From Hormiphora californensis (lineage: Eukaryota; Animalia; Ctenophora), in the NCBI GenBank assembly GCA_020137815.1, contig CM035353.1, forward strand, positions 2,790,001 through 2,854,000: a stretch of DNA of 64,000 nt. The letters are read 5' to 3'. Positions 1 through 54,828 of the stretch are shown in pieces. Made by a program: the position numbers and the translations under genes. Each line of letters starts with the position of its first letter. Within the stretch, counting starts at the first letter, position 1. The notes under the pieces were generated by a model. The model was not told the origin of the DNA. It saw only the letters and a program-made list of their open reading frames with translations, and did no database searches.

Positions 1-436
1 TTCAGCGTGTTAATGATATTTTCTCTATCCTGTACACCGTTAACCCATATTATACACCAACACACATGGTGTATTGTATCTGCAGTTTGATACATTTCCT
101 CCTCTCTAATTTTACGAAATGAACAAGATTCATTGATTTTTTTCATATATTATCTACATTTAGGAAACCAGTTTAAAACTTTCACATATATTTCGTACAT
201 GCACGGCACATAATCTCCAGTAATGATTTAGCATTTTAACTCTGCCCGCCAACTCTACGCGCGTCTCTTGTGTGAAAAGCACCCCTGTTTTCGCGCGGGT
301 TGAGCCGCGCAATCCCCCTGACTGTTGATCATCAATCAAACTTGATGCGTTCTGTGTCAAATACGGCAATGTGGTGTGGGCACAGTGTGTGTATGTTTTA
401 CTGTGTGTGTGTAACCCATGGCGTATATCCCCGCAG

Positions 437-1258
<822 letters not shown>

Positions 1259-1419
1259 AACATCAAGTGAAATGATCAGACGCGGCAACAATTGTTGGGA
1301 TTTTTAGGCTTCCCAATTTTTTGAAAAAGAGAGAGTTTAGGAGATTGAAGTGTTTTGATTTTATGGATAGTAAATGTTTTCGTGAAATGCCATAGAATTG
1401 TCGGGATAATGTGGGTAAT

Positions 1420-1528
1420 CAGGAACCGACTGAATCAGGAAATACTGGTCCCTGATTGGCTGATAACCAGTCACGTGACCTAAATAACGAGTTCTGATTG
1501 GTTGTTTACTTGTTTCGGTCGGTTCCTG
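1420..1528. mobile_element. 109-bp hAT-like MITE (other copies 17991-18084 partial, 19424-19532, 27220-27328, 61352-61406 partial reverse)
   Basis: TIRs CAGGAACCGAC...GTCGGTTCCTG and near-identical copies; the 19424 copy has an ~8-bp TSD (TCTGGGGT / TCTGGGGGT). Confidence 0.8.
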
Positions 1529-2335
1529 ATGGATAGTAAATGTTTTCGTGAAATGTCATAGAATTGTCGAATATAATGCGGGTAATTAATGAACTGCATT
1601 TTAGCTTTCTTTTAGTTTATCTTATCGTGTGTTTTAAAGTGATGCATTACAAACGCTATACGGATCATTTTACATGGCATTTAATTCCACGACACAATCG
1701 AGCTGTTACTTTGTCAATGGATCACCCGTAGCTTTGTGTACTGAACTGTTAATTTTTGGTCTTGGATATCCTGGAGATAAAAGGATCGCCCCATCCAGTT
1801 TCTGAACATTAAATTTGCGTATCTTGAACATACTGTGTACACTACTGTACATGGAAATTGTTGATTTCTTAAAAATTCTGTAAGACTAATAAGAGTGTAA
1901 ATGTAATTATTTTGGCACATGTTATTAATATATATATGGCACACACATGCTGCGTGAAGGAAGTGTTATTGCCACAACCATACATGGGCGTGTGCTACAT
2001 TATCACAGTATACGATGTTCATGTATAGTTCTATAGATAGTGCAAAGAGGAGACAATCTCTGGTAGACTTGTTCAGCTCACTGTTCTCGAGAAAACTATG
2101 CTGATGATTTGTGATTTATAATAATACTTGCTCAAGTTCACAATTAAGTTCTACAATTCTTGAAATGAGAGATCAGACTTTTATTTTGTTGAACGAACCA
2201 CGTGGTAATGGGCCTGGCAGGTTTGGGGAAATGGAGAGACTTTTGTCAGACACTACGGCCGGCGGTGTACCTGTCAGAGCATTGGCCTGACCCTATTCTC
2301 ATTTCTCTCAGAGCGTGCGAGAACTGTGGTCAGTG

Positions 2336-2538
2336 CTACTTGTAGTCCTAAACCAACCCAATACAAAACCTAACCCATTACAAAACCTAACCCCCAATAC
2401 AAAACCTAACCCCCAATCCAAATAATGGCCCTAACAGTGTTAGGGCCATTATTTGGATTGGGGGTTAGGTTTTGTATTGGGGGTTAGGTTTTGTAATGGG
2501 TTAGGTTTTGTATTGGGTTGGTTTAGGACTACAAGTAG
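2336..2538. repeat. Perfect 203-bp palindrome of telomere-like CCTAAC/GTTAGG subrepeats
   Basis: 101-bp arms around a single G at 2437. Confidence 0.9.
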
Positions 2539-3235
2539 GGTTGGTTTAGGACTACAAGTAGGGCCTAACACTTCTAAATTAGTATAGAGGTACACTGTGC
2601 ACTGTTATATAGAGGTAGTACCTCAGGTACACTGTACCGTACAGCAAACTCTCGTTTCCGGTCTAACGGCCGAAATCTCGAGTTCGCTGAGAATGGCGGA
2701 ATCTATGTCTAATGCTGTATGGCGGCGCCATACAGCATTTAATTCTCAACAGCGACAGTGCGCTCAGAGTCAGATGGGTCGCGGCGCCAGACATGGACAG
2801 GTCTAATGTAGATCTATGTAGACATAGTATAGAGTCCGCACTCCGCTCTGTTTAGACTTTTTACTTTAGATAAAGAGTCCGCCCTGTGTAGACTTTTAGA
2901 CATAGAGTCCGCCTACCGTCCAGACGTAGTTTTCTCTCCTTTCGGACCCCGTAATCTGCTGCCAAGAACCAAATAACGATTTGCTAAGTTCACCGTAAAG
3001 TATAAACATTTCAAAGTTGAAGGCATAACATTATAACACTTTTAGTCATTACATACAGTGTATAATAATATATCATGTATACACTTCTCTATTATACACT
3101 TCTAGTATACACTTCTCTAAATGTATCCTCCAAAAATTACAAAAATATACAGCTTAAAACTAATAAAACACTGTCAGTGTCAGCGAGTTACGTCTGCTGA
3201 GCCCCATCTCCAAATTGTCTAGTTCCTGCAGCGAG

Positions 3236-44213
<40,978 letters not shown>

Positions 44214-45719
44214 TATAGCTCTGCTGATGGGGTCACAATCTTGTTTCCGTCATCAGCTAGAGTAACATAAGGTGAGGTTTACATTCATTTTGGGCGAAAA
44301 GTTAACCTCAATTTTCTCCTTAACGGTGTGCGCTAAAACGATTCCAACTATGAACTATTTCATCTCTTCGAGCCGGACGAAACCCCGAAATTGACTTTTT
44401 AGACCCCCCCCCCCCCTCTGGCCTTAACGCTGGCCGGGGCTCGGGGGTGGCAGGTGGCAAGTTTAAAAATTTTGGAAAAACAAGTTTAAAAATCAAGTTT
44501 AAAAAAATCAGACTTTTTTTACGGCCCCATAAAGTCGGATTTTTTGAAACTGTCACCCCCCTGGGTATTTTCGAATTTCGTAAATGACCATAAATCCGGT
44601 TCCTGACGAGATAGAGACTTGAAATTTGGAGGTTACGAAGATCTTGCTAAGTTCTTCCGAACCTCCATATTTCAAGTCTCTATCTTATCAGGAACCGGAG
44701 ATATGTCAAATTTTGTTAATTCAGGGGGGTGACAGTTTCAAAAAATCCGACTTTACCAATTTTACTCGCTTAAAATTCTGACGCGCGGCGCGGCAGACAA
44801 ATGCAAGGAACAAACTGCGTAACCGCGCCTTCCATGAAATTTCAACTGTTCAACAGTTGAAACTTTCACTGCAATAATAGGATAACATGGGCCCCCGATG
44901 ACATCAGTTCCAGCTTATTCTAAACCGCGAGGTGGAGAATAGGACTAGGGAGCGAGCTGTATGGCGGCGCCATACCCTAATACCCTGGCCTGGCCTTGAT
45001 GTCGATGACATATATACCCTGCTAACTTAAATAATGCGCCAGTGGCGAGAAGTCCCACTAGCGCGCTCTCAGTAAACAGCCAGTCCAGCGGCAGATTATT
45101 TCCCACTGGCAGGTTATTTATTTTTAACTCCTACGTAACATTCAAAGTGTGTGTAAATGATCAGTTCTTACTAAAATACAGAGGGAACACTATGTGCAAC
45201 ACTTACACACTACATTGGAGAGAAAGAAAGGACACATTCCGTCAATTACTCTCTCTTTATCTCCCCTTTTGTCTCACTCTCTCTTTCTCTGTGTTATTTG
45301 TGACATGCCCCTTATCAGGCTATTTCTTTCACTCTCTTTCCTTAGCAACTGCTTAGTAACTGTTACCAAACAGTGTACACTCAATTGTGACGTGTTTTTA
45401 ACTATTTCTCGGTTCTCTGATCTTTGTGTGTTTTGATTAGTGTTCTCTCTCTTGTTGGTGTGTAATACTTGAAATAAACAACTAAAGCAGGGTATATAAC
45501 CCATAAACTCTGACCACTGGCACGTTATAGGTTTAAACCCCTCCGCCTCTCCCTCGGCTCCGCCTCGGGATCGTCGTCGTGATTTAAACCAGTTTATCCG
45601 CCAGCGGCGGATAAACTCCAGCTAACTTCTCCCAGCGGCGCGCTGGGAGAAAGTTATCTGAAATAACGCGCCAGTGGCCAGAGTTTATGCCTCATATAAA
45701 CACCTGGCGCGACCCCCGC

Positions 45720-46290
45720 ACACAGGTGTCGGCTCCGCCCTCTAAAAAGGGTCGTGTCTTTCAAGGCTTTTTGCACGCGATCCACTGGACCGATTTGCAT
45801 TCGGTTTGCCAATCTCAGACGGTTTAGAATCAATCTGAGGGTATCAGAAAATAGGTTGAACTCTTGTGAGTACTGGAAAATACCCGGCATCTGTATGGCG
45901 GCGCCATACCCCATTTGATTCTCAGATGGGTCGCGGCGCCAGACAGCCCGGCATTGATAGCGGATGCTAATTGCATCAACATATCTCCCAATATCTTCTA
46001 AATCGCATGGGCGTAGTGCAGAAACTCTCGGAAGCTAGATTATAGGTTTGACTTCAGTGCCAATTTTGACCTGTCTGGCGCCGCGACCCATCTGAGCGCA
46101 CTGTCGCTGGGGTATGGCGCCGCCATACAGATTTTGACCCACTTCCTCGGGTATTTTCCAGTATATTTTCCAATAATATTAGGATCATTTGTAGTCTTTT
46201 GCGACAAACCGGATGCAAATCGGTCCAGTAGATCGCGTGAAACATCCCTTGAAAGAAACGACCCTTTTTGGGGTGGAGCCGACACCTGTG
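45720..46290. mobile_element. Foldback element containing two inverted copies of the ~60-bp CTGTATGGCGGCGCC...GGCGCCAGACAG mini-element
   Basis: 45720-45810 is approximately the reverse complement of 46205-46290; the mini-element also occurs at ~2716, 52106, 57414, 60065 and 60375. Confidence 0.6.
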
Positions 46291-47104
46291 TGTGAGCTCA
46301 ATCTTGGTCGCGCTTGGTAACGCGGCCACCCCTACTGCACAGGCCGCGCGAAGCGCGGCAACGAAGCCCGCGAATAGGGGATCTCATCACCAATGGTCGC
46401 GCACGGTCTTGTCTCATATGAGACCCTCCTCTTCGCACCGGGCCTACACAGTCAGTGTAGGACAAGCACGGTCTATGTCACCAAGCCATACCCCATTTGA
46501 TTCTCAGTGCGCTCAGATGGGTCGCGGGAGCGAGAGAGGCCGAGGGAAAATTCCACCCGCCCACCCCAGCCACCTGCTGTCGGCCATAGTGTTTCGGGCA
46601 GGTCATCCTCCAGACGCAGCAATCACAATTCAAACAAACGTCAAACAAACAAACTGTTGTTTAGGTGTTGGTGTGTTCGTTCACTGTAAGGGGAGTGATC
46701 GCACTATAACTGCTTGTTGAGTAACCAAATAACTGCAGGGCGCAGGCCTGAGTGGTCATATTGAATTTCGATTTTCTTCTCTAATCCCTATTTAAATCTT
46801 GTTCAGATCTCATTATTCAGTATAAATTATACTATAATCAATTAATCTGCCCGAGTATATGTGAGATTTCCCCATTCAACTGTTGTACGGATCAGGACTG
46901 GGACCATGTCGATATTTTCCAAACTCGAAACGAAAATGTTCAACGTTAGGAAGTGTCGTGAGTATCTTGCTCTGCTTCTGAGTTCTGCTTCTGCTTCTGC
47001 TCTGTTTTTTTAGGCCGTTCCTCGCTTCATCCTTATAAAGGTGGCTCGGCTGGTCCTCACTTGACTCTGCTAACGTCCAATCGGATCCAATCCTCGTTGC
47101 AGTA

Positions 47105-47339
47105 CTAAAGTACACCCCAAACTACTATGTCCCTCACTCGGGTTTTTAGAAATTTCCCACGGTCATTTCTCCACTTCTTGATGAGATAGAGACTTAAAAT
47201 TTGTTTTGTAGGAAGAACTCAACATCATCTCCCCACAAAACAAATTTTCAGTCTCTATCTCATCAGGGAGTGGAGAAATGACCGTGGGAAATTTCACAAA
47301 ACCCGAGTGAGGGACATAGTAGTTTTGGGTGTACTTTAG
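47105..47339. mobile_element. MITE with ~90-bp TIRs
   Basis: CTAAAGTACACCC...GGGTGTACTTTAG. Confidence 0.75.
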
Positions 47340-47849
47340 GTGTGACCATGGCGCCAACAGGTGTTGCTAATTGTTCTGTCGTTCTGACTATTGTCTGACT
47401 GTGGTCTGGAAACCCCCTACTGTACGGAGCTTTTCTGAATCACCTGATCCACGGAGGTGAATTATCACGACGCGGCTACTTACTATGGACAATTCCTATT
47501 TTAGTCTTCTGTGAGCTATTAATCTCCTCTTCAGTTGTTGTGAATCGAATTAACACTGGAACTACTGCAGAGTCTAAAGCATTATCCGTGTATCCGAGCT
47601 ACCTATCTCGGATTATACATACTCCTTGGTGACATATTAGACACCTGGCGCGACCAAGATTGAGCTCACACGGGGGTCGCGCCAGGTATCTATATGTCAC
47701 CAAACATACTCCCTGGCATGATGGGATGATAGCTGCAACTGCATGGTACACCCGGATGACATCCGGGCCGGATGTTTACATACACCCTGCTGACAGTAGA
47801 ACGCTCGTAACGATCTTTCAGCCGGTCGTTTCATGGCATGTGTAGCAAA

Positions 47850-47969
47850 GAAAAACAAAGCAAAATTGTGGTCGTGTGTCTTGTGTGATTTTTTGGTCGT
47901 ATGACGTCATGACGTCATACGACCAAAAAATCACACAAGACACACGACCACAATTTTGCTTTGTTTTTC
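47850..47969. repeat. Perfect 120-bp palindrome with tandem TGACGTCA at the axis
   Basis: 60-bp arms, centre at 47909/47910. Confidence 0.9.
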
Positions 47970-48249
47970 GCGTCAGGCCTCCAGCTTTCCCCACCAATGT
48001 CAGTAAGCTGTTATTGTTAGGTGGACAGTAGTTTTTAGTTGGGGTTTGTCGGGTAGTTTTGAGAAAACCCTATATACTATCAAGTTCGGCTTTTGTCAAT
48101 TCCAGGGCAACTACTGTGGAGGAAAAGGAATCGTGTACCAATGTATTTAGGTGCAGATAGTTTAGCAAGACGTCTTGATGCTACGAGTCCTCACTTTCCT
48201 GTGTGCCGAAACTCGATCCCAAATGGGTTTGGTACTACATAGCGCTATA

Positions 48250-48960
48250 GGTTATTAACCATTTTCCATACGTAGAGGAGATGGGACAGATATGATCGGT
48301 TGCTTCGGAACCCATATGTTGGTCAGGGGACAGGAGGTTGTTATCTTCAACAAAGTCGACCATTTGTCGTCTAACAACTCGCTCAAAAACTTTCACCAGC
48401 TGGCTGGTGAGGCTGACCGGTCTGTAGTTGGCAGGTGAGCTTCGGTTTCTTTCTTAAATATCGGGACAATAGATTGACACTTGAATACTCCAGCTATGTC
48501 ACCAGTTTTTTATCGAAGCTGACCAGAGTTCAGCCATTATACTGGTGCCAGTGTGTGGCTACATTTCCTCAATAGCAGGGAAGGAAATTTATCTGGTCCT
48601 GGTGCTGTGTGTGGGCCATTTCTTTGATTGCCTGCACGATGTAGTTTGAGTTGTGATTGTAATCGACGTCAGGGACGGTTGTGACGGTGGCTCAAGAGCT
48701 GGAGGAATTGTAAAATTTCCGGTTGGAGAGCTGAATACTGTTGCTGGAGTAGCTCTGCCATGGTTGCTGGGTCAGAGTGGAGGGTACCATCGCTGTCTTT
48801 CAGTGGTCCGATTCCAAACCTAGATGATTTAAGGCGATTTGCAAAACTGAAAAATGCCTTTGGATTGGTTTTTATCTTCCTCGGCACGTCCTTTTCTTCC
48901 TGGTACTTCTCTGACCGGATGCTTGATGCCATCTGAAGTTCGATGCGTGGAGTTCTTGTA
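48250..48960 (-). pseudogene. Decayed CR1/L2-type LINE reverse transcriptase fragment
   Basis: KIKTNPKAFFSFAN...GIGPLKD, APGPDKFP, PANYRPVSLTSQLVKVFERVVR; frameshifted. Confidence 0.8.
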
Positions 48961-49896
48961 ATCTGGGGAGATTTGGTGTTTCTTCGGCTTTATAAATCAG
49001 TTACACGGTCGCTTGTAGTGGGAAAACGGTAATGGAAAACGAAGATACAGTAAAACGACGCGCAACCGTGCAACCAATCAGGGCGCTAGTACGTGCTGAC
49101 ACATGAACTTTTTGCCGCGCGTTATGCACCGTGCGCGTCTCCTTACTGTATTTTGCGTTACCGTATTTTGACTGCAAGCAGCACTGTTAGGAAGGAATTA
49201 ATCCAGCAAACTCCCGTAGTTTGTATTCACACGACTATCACCTTGTATGTCACGTGTGTGCATGATTATTCATGCACGCATGTAGGTAGCTATGCTTATC
49301 AAGTCGATTGTTCAATGTTCATATAGTATTATAGTGAAATTTGCAGTTCTGCCTGCGCGATAAAGGTTGGTTGTCAAGCTTGGTTGTATAAGTCTCATAA
49401 CAATAATTCTGTTGTAATGAAAATGTGTAATAATATGTAATAATAATATGTAATAATATTAATATGGACAATTGAGACTCGTTGACTATCAGGAATGGGG
49501 GGACAGACGCTAGGTCTAACGCCTAAGTCTAATCGGACTCTAAATATAATACTTAGAGTCTAGTCCGCTTTTTGCTCAAAATACAGGGAAAACTCTAAAA
49601 AGTCTAAAATAGGGGGCCGACTCTATGCCTACTAAGTCTAAAACAAGGGGACGCTAAGTCTAAGAAATAACGGTAGTTAATTCTAAAATCGTAGATTGCG
49701 AGCGATCGTTTCCGGCTGTCAGGCAGTTCCACCAAGGCAAGTCTTTTCTCTACTAGCTATTAGTGCTGGGACGTGGTGTAGAGAGGGTTGGTGGATTGAT
49801 TGATGTACGTGTGTGAGTGATCGGTGGCCGGGGAGCGGTGCTGTCGCTGATGGGACCTGATATCCGTGTAGCGGTGCTGGTGGGGCCAGATATCCG

Positions 49897-50042
<146 letters not shown>

Positions 50043-50208
50043 ACTAGAACTAGAGTATGCTTTCCCTTGCTTTCCCTTTGAGTACGCGGTGCACCTGCTC
50101 CCTTACCTCTGATCCCTAACATCGCGAGAGAGCGCAGGAGAGAGAGTGTGCGGACCATTATATTAGGTCATCCAGTATTGATTGTCGTTGGGCTTTTATA
50201 GGAGAAAG

Positions 50209-50856
50209 AGGGATATCATACGACTCTTACTGAAGTTAGCAGGTGCTGATTGATTTCGCAATCGCTTACTGGAGTAAGCGACGGGTGCTGACTGTTTTCC
50301 AAAATAACTCTTATTTTCTTGTAAGAGATATCAAGAGTAAGAGAATGGTGATTCCATTCTCTTGTGTGGTAAGCGCCGCTACTTAGCGACGTATAAACTC
50401 TTAAAACTCTTAACTGACGGGGGATCACAGCATCTGGTCACGTGAAAGGTCACGTGATAAATCCTAGTGCACAGGGATAGCCTGTGACTGCGTACATGTG
50501 ATCGATAACAGCCAATCAGAATGCAGCTAGTGAGGGATATCATACGACTCTTACTGAAGTTAGCAGGTGCTGATTGATTTCGCAATCGCTTACTGGAGTA
50601 AGCGACAGGTGCTGACTGTTTTCCAAAATAACTCTTATTTTCTTGTAAGAGATATCAAGAGTAAGAGAATGGTGATTCCATTCTCTTGCGTGGTAAGCGC
50701 CGCTACTTAGCGACGTATAAACTCTTAAAACTCTTAACTGACCGGGGATCACAGAATCTGGTCACGTGAAAGGTCACGTGATAAGTCCTAGTGCACAGGG
50801 ATAGCCTGTGACTGCGTACATGTGATCGATAACAGCCAATCAGAATGCAGCTAGTG
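50209..50856. repeat. Tandem duplication of a 324-bp unit
   Basis: ORF-track twins 50216-50428 and 50540-50752 are offset by 324 bp. Confidence 0.9.
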
Positions 50857-51249
50857 AGTGAGAGAGAGCAAGATAGTAACGCGCGGCGCCCTGGCACGTG
50901 CGGTTTGGGCGCTGGCAGGCTTTTACATGTTGCAACATGTAAAAGCCTGCCAGCGCCCAAACCGCACGTGCCAATGCGCCGCGCGAGATAATCTCTCTCA
51001 AGGGGGCACCCTGTCTCTCACTTTCTCTCCCCAATTCTTTTCCCTGTTGCTCACTAAGAATAAGAGTTTTGAGAAATTACACAGCACTGCAGTGCTGTGT
51101 AATTTCTCAAAACTCTTATTCTTAGTGAGCAACAGGGAAAACGACATGTCGCTTAAAAGAGTTATGCTGTCTGTTTTCTCGATTGTCGCTAACTGCAGTA
51201 AGAGTCGTATGATTTCCCTCAGTGAGTGAGAGAGAGAGCGAGATAGTTA

Positions 51250-51587
51250 GGGCGGAATCACACCAAGATCTTCGAAAGAATTGTTTCGACGCACCAAACC
51301 CAATCACACTGAAAAGTTTCGTTGGTTCTTCACAGCAGGCGTTCAGTTGTTGTGAACGCCTGCTGTGCGCGGCGCATTGGCACGTGCATCTTAGGCGCTG
51401 GCAGGCTTTCACATGTTGTAACATATAGAAGCCTGCCAGCGCCCAAGATGCACGTGCCAATGCGCCGCGCACAGCAGGCGTTCACAACAACTGAACGCCT
51501 GCTGTGAAGAACCAACGAAACTTTTCAGTGTGATTGGGTTTGGTGCGTCGAAACAATTCTTTCGAAGATCTTGGTGTGATTCCGCCC
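51250..51587. mobile_element. Palindromic PIF/Harbinger-like MITE (GGGCGG...CCGCCC, TTA/TAA flanks)
   Basis: Near-perfect 338-bp palindrome; the matching empty site is at ~50871-50880. Confidence 0.7.
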
Positions 51588-52445
51588 TAACGCGCGGCGC
51601 TCTGGCACGTGCGGTTTGGGCGCTGACAGGCTTTTACATGTTGCAACATGTAAAAGCCTGCCAGCGCCCAAACCGCACGTGCCAATGCGCCGCGCGAGAT
51701 AATCTCTCTCAAGGGGTCACCCTGTCTCTCACTTTCTCTCCCCAATTCTTTTCCCTGTTGCTCACTAAGAATAAGAGTTTTGAGAAAACACACAGCACTG
51801 TCGCTTAAAAGAGTTATGCTGTCTGTTTTCTCGATTGTCGCTAACTGCAGTAAGAGTCGTATGATTTCCCTCAATGGTTTGAGATAGACCAAAATGGACT
51901 TCACCACCGTTTTTCTTACTCGATTTTCGATCGGAATGCAATGCCTGATAGTGGTATGTGGTTGTTCTCGGTTCCCAGCAGGGTATTTTCTCTACCCCAC
52001 TCTTGTTGCCGCTGCACGGGGTAACTAACCTTTTTAAAACGAGTCTCTAGGAAATCTGGTGCATTCTTTTAAGCTCCCATGGTGCTTAATCGATAGCAAA
52101 TCGTCCTGTATGGCGGCGCCATACCCCAGTGCGCTCAGATGGGTCGCGGCGCCAGACAGAAATCGTCCAAGGATGATTTATATATGCAATTTAAGTCTCT
52201 ACGAGCTCGTAGAGACTTAAATTGCATATATACGAGTTCACTAATAACCTCTAGAGCAGTAAATGTTACACAAAAAAGCGAAAAAGTGAACAAAAACTGG
52301 CCCGTTTTGGGGGTTTGTTCGAAAACATCAATTAGTCAACTTTAAAGTCAACAAATTACATAATTGGCTTCACTATGTCTTAGAACTTACTTAAAATTAA
52401 CTTTTACTGCAGAGTTTTTGATTATAATAAGCCAATCCTGATGAG

Positions 52446-53001
52446 AAAAAGGCATAGCGGGTTTAGAATTCGACAAGTTTACATACTAGTGAGGTGTCCC
52501 GGTCACAAAACTGGCTGTAACACGCTCAGTTGCGAGGGACAACGGTGTTGCTCCTTCATCAAATACTTCAATGGCACGTTTTCAGGAAATGTGAGCCGCG
52601 CATTGTGGCACGCAATTTAGTGCTACTAAAACACAAGAACAAGTTCCATTCGGTTTGAGTGATTGATAAATGATGAGAAATGTCTGGCCCGCCTTCACAT
52701 TAGATTTAGATAGTTATGAAAATAGAGGTTGGCGGGGAAGCATAGCATTATGAAACATAATGCAGTTAATCCTGATGAGACCCGGAAGTGAAAGTTTCTA
52801 ATTTTTTCCCCGCCCGGGTGAATGCCGAAGGCATTCAGTTTCACCCGGATGCCTTTTGTAAAAAGGCATAGGGGTTTAGAATTCAACAAGTTTACATACT
52901 AGTGAGGTGTCCCGGTCACAAAACTGGCTGTAACACGCTCAGTTGCGAAGGACAACGGTGTTGCTCCTTCATCAAATAGTTCAATGGCACGTTTTCAGGA
53001 A
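52446..53001. repeat. Direct repeat of ~140 bp (52446-52588 and 52861-53001)
   Basis: Near-identical AAAAGGCATAG...GTTTTCAGGAA copies. Confidence 0.8.
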
Positions 53002-53545
53002 TTTTTACCAAAACTTTTTGGAGGCCAATTGCTCAGTGAAAAAACAAAAGTAGGATGTTTTATTACATCTGAAACGATAGATAATTGTCCAATAAACGAG
53101 CGTGATTTTTTGGGGGGGAGATCGAAAGGGTGACACTTCTGACCATCGAGAAGCTTAGGCGAAGTCTGATGTATCTGATGCAGTCGCCATGACTGTTTCC
53201 TGATCTGTTTGCCTTCAGTTCTGTAATATGTTTGACCACGAGCGTGCCCAACTATTGTACCTGCATGTACCAGGCTAATTTGCCATATCAGTGACCCCGC
53301 ATGAATCGGCCTTTGATCTTTATAAAACCTACAAATTTACAATTAACTGCAATAGCCCAACTGTTCATTCCGAGAATTCTGATACAAAGATATTATTTGC
53401 CGTACTTACATTATGAGGTATTACTCCATGAGGTAACTTCAACCCCCCATGTTGTGTAGATACCCTTAAAATCTACACAATTTGCATATTCTTGTTCGCG
53501 AAAGTCTGTGTTATTATATTTACCTACTCTATTCTCTAGCCGACC

Positions 53546-54172
53546 ATGTTCCATTCAGCCATTTTCCTGTTCCTTCTCGGTTCTGCCATGGCGCTCCGGT
53601 GCTGGAACGGCGTTCAGGATCCCAGGAAGGCGTGGAACGTGACCGATACTGAGTGTGTCGGAAGTCACACCACTTGCAGTAGATCTGCCCATCACAACAT
53701 TGTCGAGTATGGATGTGGGGTGGAAGCGTGTCAAGGTTCAGATGAGGCTGTGGATGGATGTGAGGAGAAGGAATGCGAGAATTCACTGTGCAATGGACGG
53801 TTGACATGTTGGGGTGGGGGCAACAACGACGTTAAAACCACCACTGGTCTAACAGAGACGGTTTGCCGGGAGCATGTTACTGTCTGTAGCAGAATGAGCA
53901 CTTGTTTTGTTCGAGCAAGGGAAATGAGGACGAACCAAGAGGATATAACCACTAACACTTATGCTTGTGGGGATTGTGCAATATTGGATGACCCCGAAAT
54001 CGACTGTAAGACGTGTACAGGCAGGCTATGCAATGATTTTAATGAAGTTCTCACTGCTATTCCTTCCTTGACCAAGGATGAACAGGATGGACAGGATGAA
54101 CAGGATGACCAAGCTTCATCATCATGGATGTCATTGTGGTATAATTTAATATTGTATTTGGCAGACCGCTAA
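53546..54172 (+). CDS. Secreted or GPI-anchored Cys-rich protein with two Ly6/three-finger-like domains (208 aa), intronless
   Basis: Signal peptide; LRCWNG...YGCG...CENSLCN and LTCWGG...YACG...CTGRLCN; acidic linker; hydrophobic tail SSSWMSLWYNLILYL. Confidence 0.75.
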   Translation: MFHSAIFLFLLGSAMALRCWNGVQDPRKAWNVTDTECVGSHTTCSRSAHHNIVEYGCGVEACQGSDEAVDGCEEKECENSLCNGRLTCWGGGNNDVKTTTGLTETVCREHVTVCSRMSTCFVRAREMRTNQEDITTNTYACGDCAILDDPEIDCKTCTGRLCNDFNEVLTAIPSLTKDEQDGQDEQDDQASSSWMSLWYNLILYLADR

Positions 54173-54744
54173 TTTGAAAACATGTTTGACAGTCATAGAA
54201 AAACTAAAATTGCCAGGAAAATGTACTGGTTACCTATAAACGGCCGCTACAGTGGTAAACTAGATTAAAAACTGCCTCGTTTGACGGTGATTTTTCCTAT
54301 CAATTGTATGGTTCCTGAGATGTGGCCCCCTAAAGAGTTGGTGTCTCAAACTGCTGATTCGGGAGGAGAATGGGCATCAGTTTGCGTGTACTGCTCCGTT
54401 TTTCACGGGGCTTTAACGAAGGTGACGGCAAGAGTCTCAGCTATTGCATGGTATCCTTACATTGTGTCCTAAATTTAGGACAGTGACACAATGTATGGAT
54501 ACCATGCAATAGCCGACTTTCCAAGGTAATATCTGATGCCATGTATATTTCGATTCGAGACAGTCCAGTGTACAGTTCCTCACCTCGAGATACGTTTTGG
54601 ATCCAAGGAGAGAACTAGAACTAGATCAATAGATCATGCTTTCCCTTGCTATTTCCCTTTGAGTACGCGGTGCACCTGCTCCCTTACCTCTCATCCCTAA
54701 CATCGCGAGAGAGCGCAGGAGGGAGAGAAAAGGGTGTGGACCAT

Positions 54745-54828
<84 letters not shown>

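Noticed and set aside
53063-53251. Possible CRE-retrotransposon C-terminal remnant (IRLRLSFSMVRS)
   Set aside because: Only a short motif resemblance with no RT nearby
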